From: an uncultured Clostridia bacterium
GTDB taxonomy: Bacteria > Bacillota > Clostridia > Christensenellales > Borkfalkiaceae
Reading direction: 5' to 3'
Assembly (NCBI GenBank): GCA_934272745.1
Contig: CAKQSI010000003.1
Span: forward strand, 21,420 to 85,419
DNA length: 64,000 nt
Part shown: one piece after another, positions 62,399 to 64,000 of the stretch
Layout of the letters: every line of letters begins with the position of its first letter
How positions within the stretch are numbered: the first letter of the stretch is position 1
Position numbers and translations under genes: made by a program
Notes under the pieces: generated by a model
Seen by the model: the letters and a program-made list of their open reading frames with translations, nothing else
Told to the model about the DNA's origin: nothing
Databases searched by the model: none

Positions 62399-64000
62399 AT
62401 GGACTTAATCATCGTAGAATCGCCGTCCAAAGCAAAGACCATCGAAAAGTACCTGAAAGGGAAGTATAAAGTCGACGCTTCCGGCGGGCACGTCAGGGAT
62501 CTTCCCGAACGGCAGATGGGCGTAGACATCACCGGCAATTTCGAGCCGCACTACGTCATCAATCCCGACAAAAAACAGACCATCGCCCGCCTTTCCGAAA
62601 AAGCCGCCAAGGCGCAGAAAGTCTATCTCGCAACCGACCCGGACCGCGAAGGAGAAGCCATTTCCTGGCATCTGGAACAGGTCCTGAAGTTGCACGAAAA
62701 AGAACCGCACCGCATCGAATTCAACGAAATTTCCGAAAAGGCGGTGACCGAAGCCTTAAAACACCCGCGGGAGATCGACCAGAATCTGGTAGACGCCCAG
62801 CAGGCGCGCCGCGTGCTTGACCGCTTGGTCGGTTATAAACTCTCGCCCTTCCTTTGCAAAAGGATCAAAGACGGGCTTTCCGCCGGGCGCGTGCAGTCGG
62901 TAGCCCTCCGTATGGTGTGCGACAGAGAGCGCGAGATCATCGCGTTCAAACCCGAAGAATACTGGAATTTATCCGCCACCCTGCAGGAAAAAAGCAAAAA
63001 GACGGGCGCGTTCAAAGCGGCGCTCGCAACGCAGAACGGAAAGAAAATCAAGGTCAGAAGCGCCGAAGAAGCCGCGGCGATCGAAAACGCCGTTTTACCC
63101 GAATTTACGGTAACGGGGGTCAAAAAAACGGTCGCAAAGACGCACGCGCCCGCGCCGTTTACCACCAGTACGCTGCAGCAGGCGGGGTCTACCAAACTCG
63201 GGATCACCGCGCCGCAGGTGATGTCGCTCGCGCAGCACCTGTACGAAGGTATGGATACCGAAACCGAGGGGCATATCGCGTTCGTCACCTACATTCGTAC
63301 CGACTCCGTCCGCGTTTCCAAAGAAGCGCAGGAAAAGGCGTTGGACTACATCCGCGCCACTTACGGCAAGGAATACGTTCCCGCCCGTCCCAACGTCTAC
63401 CGCACCAAAAAAGAAGCGCAGGACGCGCACGAAGCCATCCGTCCTATCGATCTTTCGCGCACGCCCGAAAGCGTCAAAAACCTGCTCGACCGCAACCACT
63501 ACCGGTTGTATAAACTGATCTATGACCGTTTCCTTGCCTCGCAGATGGCGGAAGCACAGTATAATACTATGACCGTCGACCTTTCCTCCGGCGAATACGG
63601 GTTCGTCGCCCGCGGAAGAAGCCTGCTGTTTGCCGGCTTTACCGCCGCCTATCAGGAGGTAAAGGAGGAGGTTTCCGCCCCCGCGGAAGAAGAAAACGAA
63701 AAACTGCTGCCCGACTTTAACGAGGGCGACAAGGTCGATCTTCTGGAATTCAGAAAGGAACAGAAATTCACCAAACCGCCCGAACGGTTCACCGACGCCT
63801 CCCTCGTCAAGGCGATGGAAGACAAAGGCATCGGCAGACCGTCCACCTACGCTTCCATCATCGCGGTTCTCAACAAGCGCGCCTACGTCAAAAAGGAAGG
63901 GAAGTATATGGTTCCCACCGAAACGGCGTTCGAGATCACCGACGTGCTTTGTAAATATTTCAAGGACGTCATGGACGTTTCGTTTACCGCCAATATGGAA
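62399..64000 (+). CDS. topA: DNA topoisomerase I (5' part; continues beyond the window end)
   Basis: Not in the ORF track (open to the edge). ATG 62399 follows an AAGAGGAG RBS. My translation MDLIIVESPSKAKTIEKYLKGKYKVDASGGHVRDLP...VYLATDPDREGEAISWHL is the Toprim domain. Confidence 0.93.
   Translation, partial: MDLIIVESPSKAKTIEKYLKGKYKVDASGGHVRDLPERQMGVDITGNFEPHYVINPDKKQTIARLSEKAAKAQKVYLATDPDREGEAISWHLEQVLKLHEKEPHRIEFNEISEKAVTEALKHPREIDQNLVDAQQARRVLDRLVGYKLSPFLCKRIKDGLSAGRVQSVALRMVCDREREIIAFKPEEYWNLSATLQEKSKKTGAFKAALATQNGKKIKVRSAEEAAAIENAVLPEFTVTGVKKTVAKTHAPAPFTTSTLQQAGSTKLGITAPQVMSLAQHLYEGMDTETEGHIAFVTYIRTDSVRVSKEAQEKALDYIRATYGKEYVPARPNVYRTKKEAQDAHEAIRPIDLSRTPESVKNLLDRNHYRLYKLIYDRFLASQMAEAQYNTMTVDLSSGEYGFVARGRSLLFAGFTAAYQEVKEEVSAPAEEENEKLLPDFNEGDKVDLLEFRKEQKFTKPPERFTDASLVKAMEDKGIGRPSTYASIIAVLNKRAYVKKEGKYMVPTETAFEITDVLCKYFKDVMDVSFTANME

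Overview
GC-rich chromosomal segment, most likely from a Bacillota (Clostridia-like) genome. This is inferred from AGGAGG-type ribosome-binding sites (RBS) and from the conserved gene orders plsX-rnc-smc-ftsY-ylxM-ffh-rpsP-khpA-rimM-trmD-rbgA-rnhB-yraN-rplS and comM-dprA-topA. I call 40 protein-coding genes; two are open to the window edges and therefore missing from the ORF track. I found no rRNA, tRNA, CRISPR array, cas gene, transposase, integrase, reverse transcriptase or recognisable defence or toxin-antitoxin module. The less ordinary parts are: (i) a promoter-to-terminator two-gene unit (6435-12158) encoding a 1264-aa membrane-anchored protein built of LxLxDV-initiated repeats I cannot assign to a family, plus a zinc-ribbon / Q,N,Y-rich / TM2-domain protein; (ii) a GH42-like Cys-cluster protein; (iii) a fused MacB/FtsX-type ABC transporter next to a 798-aa orphan lipoprotein; (iv) a surface-glycan cluster (50111-59108) with LicC-like and LicD-like genes, a class-V aminotransferase, a flippase and two GT-C-type transferases. 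The most striking signal lies outside the genes. Almost every intergenic gap carries its own locus-specific tandem repeat (unit 15-94 bp, usually with a small GC hairpin). Several arrays run across stop codons into gene 3' ends; the clearest case gives trmD an in-frame tail of about 140 aa. Also notable are two adjacent REP-hairpin plus perfect four-way-junction palindromic elements with compensatory changes (18042-18516), and a 287-bp inverted-repeat (IR)-flanked element that splits the rpsP...trmD operon. All functional calls rest on motif recognition by eye; no database search was run.
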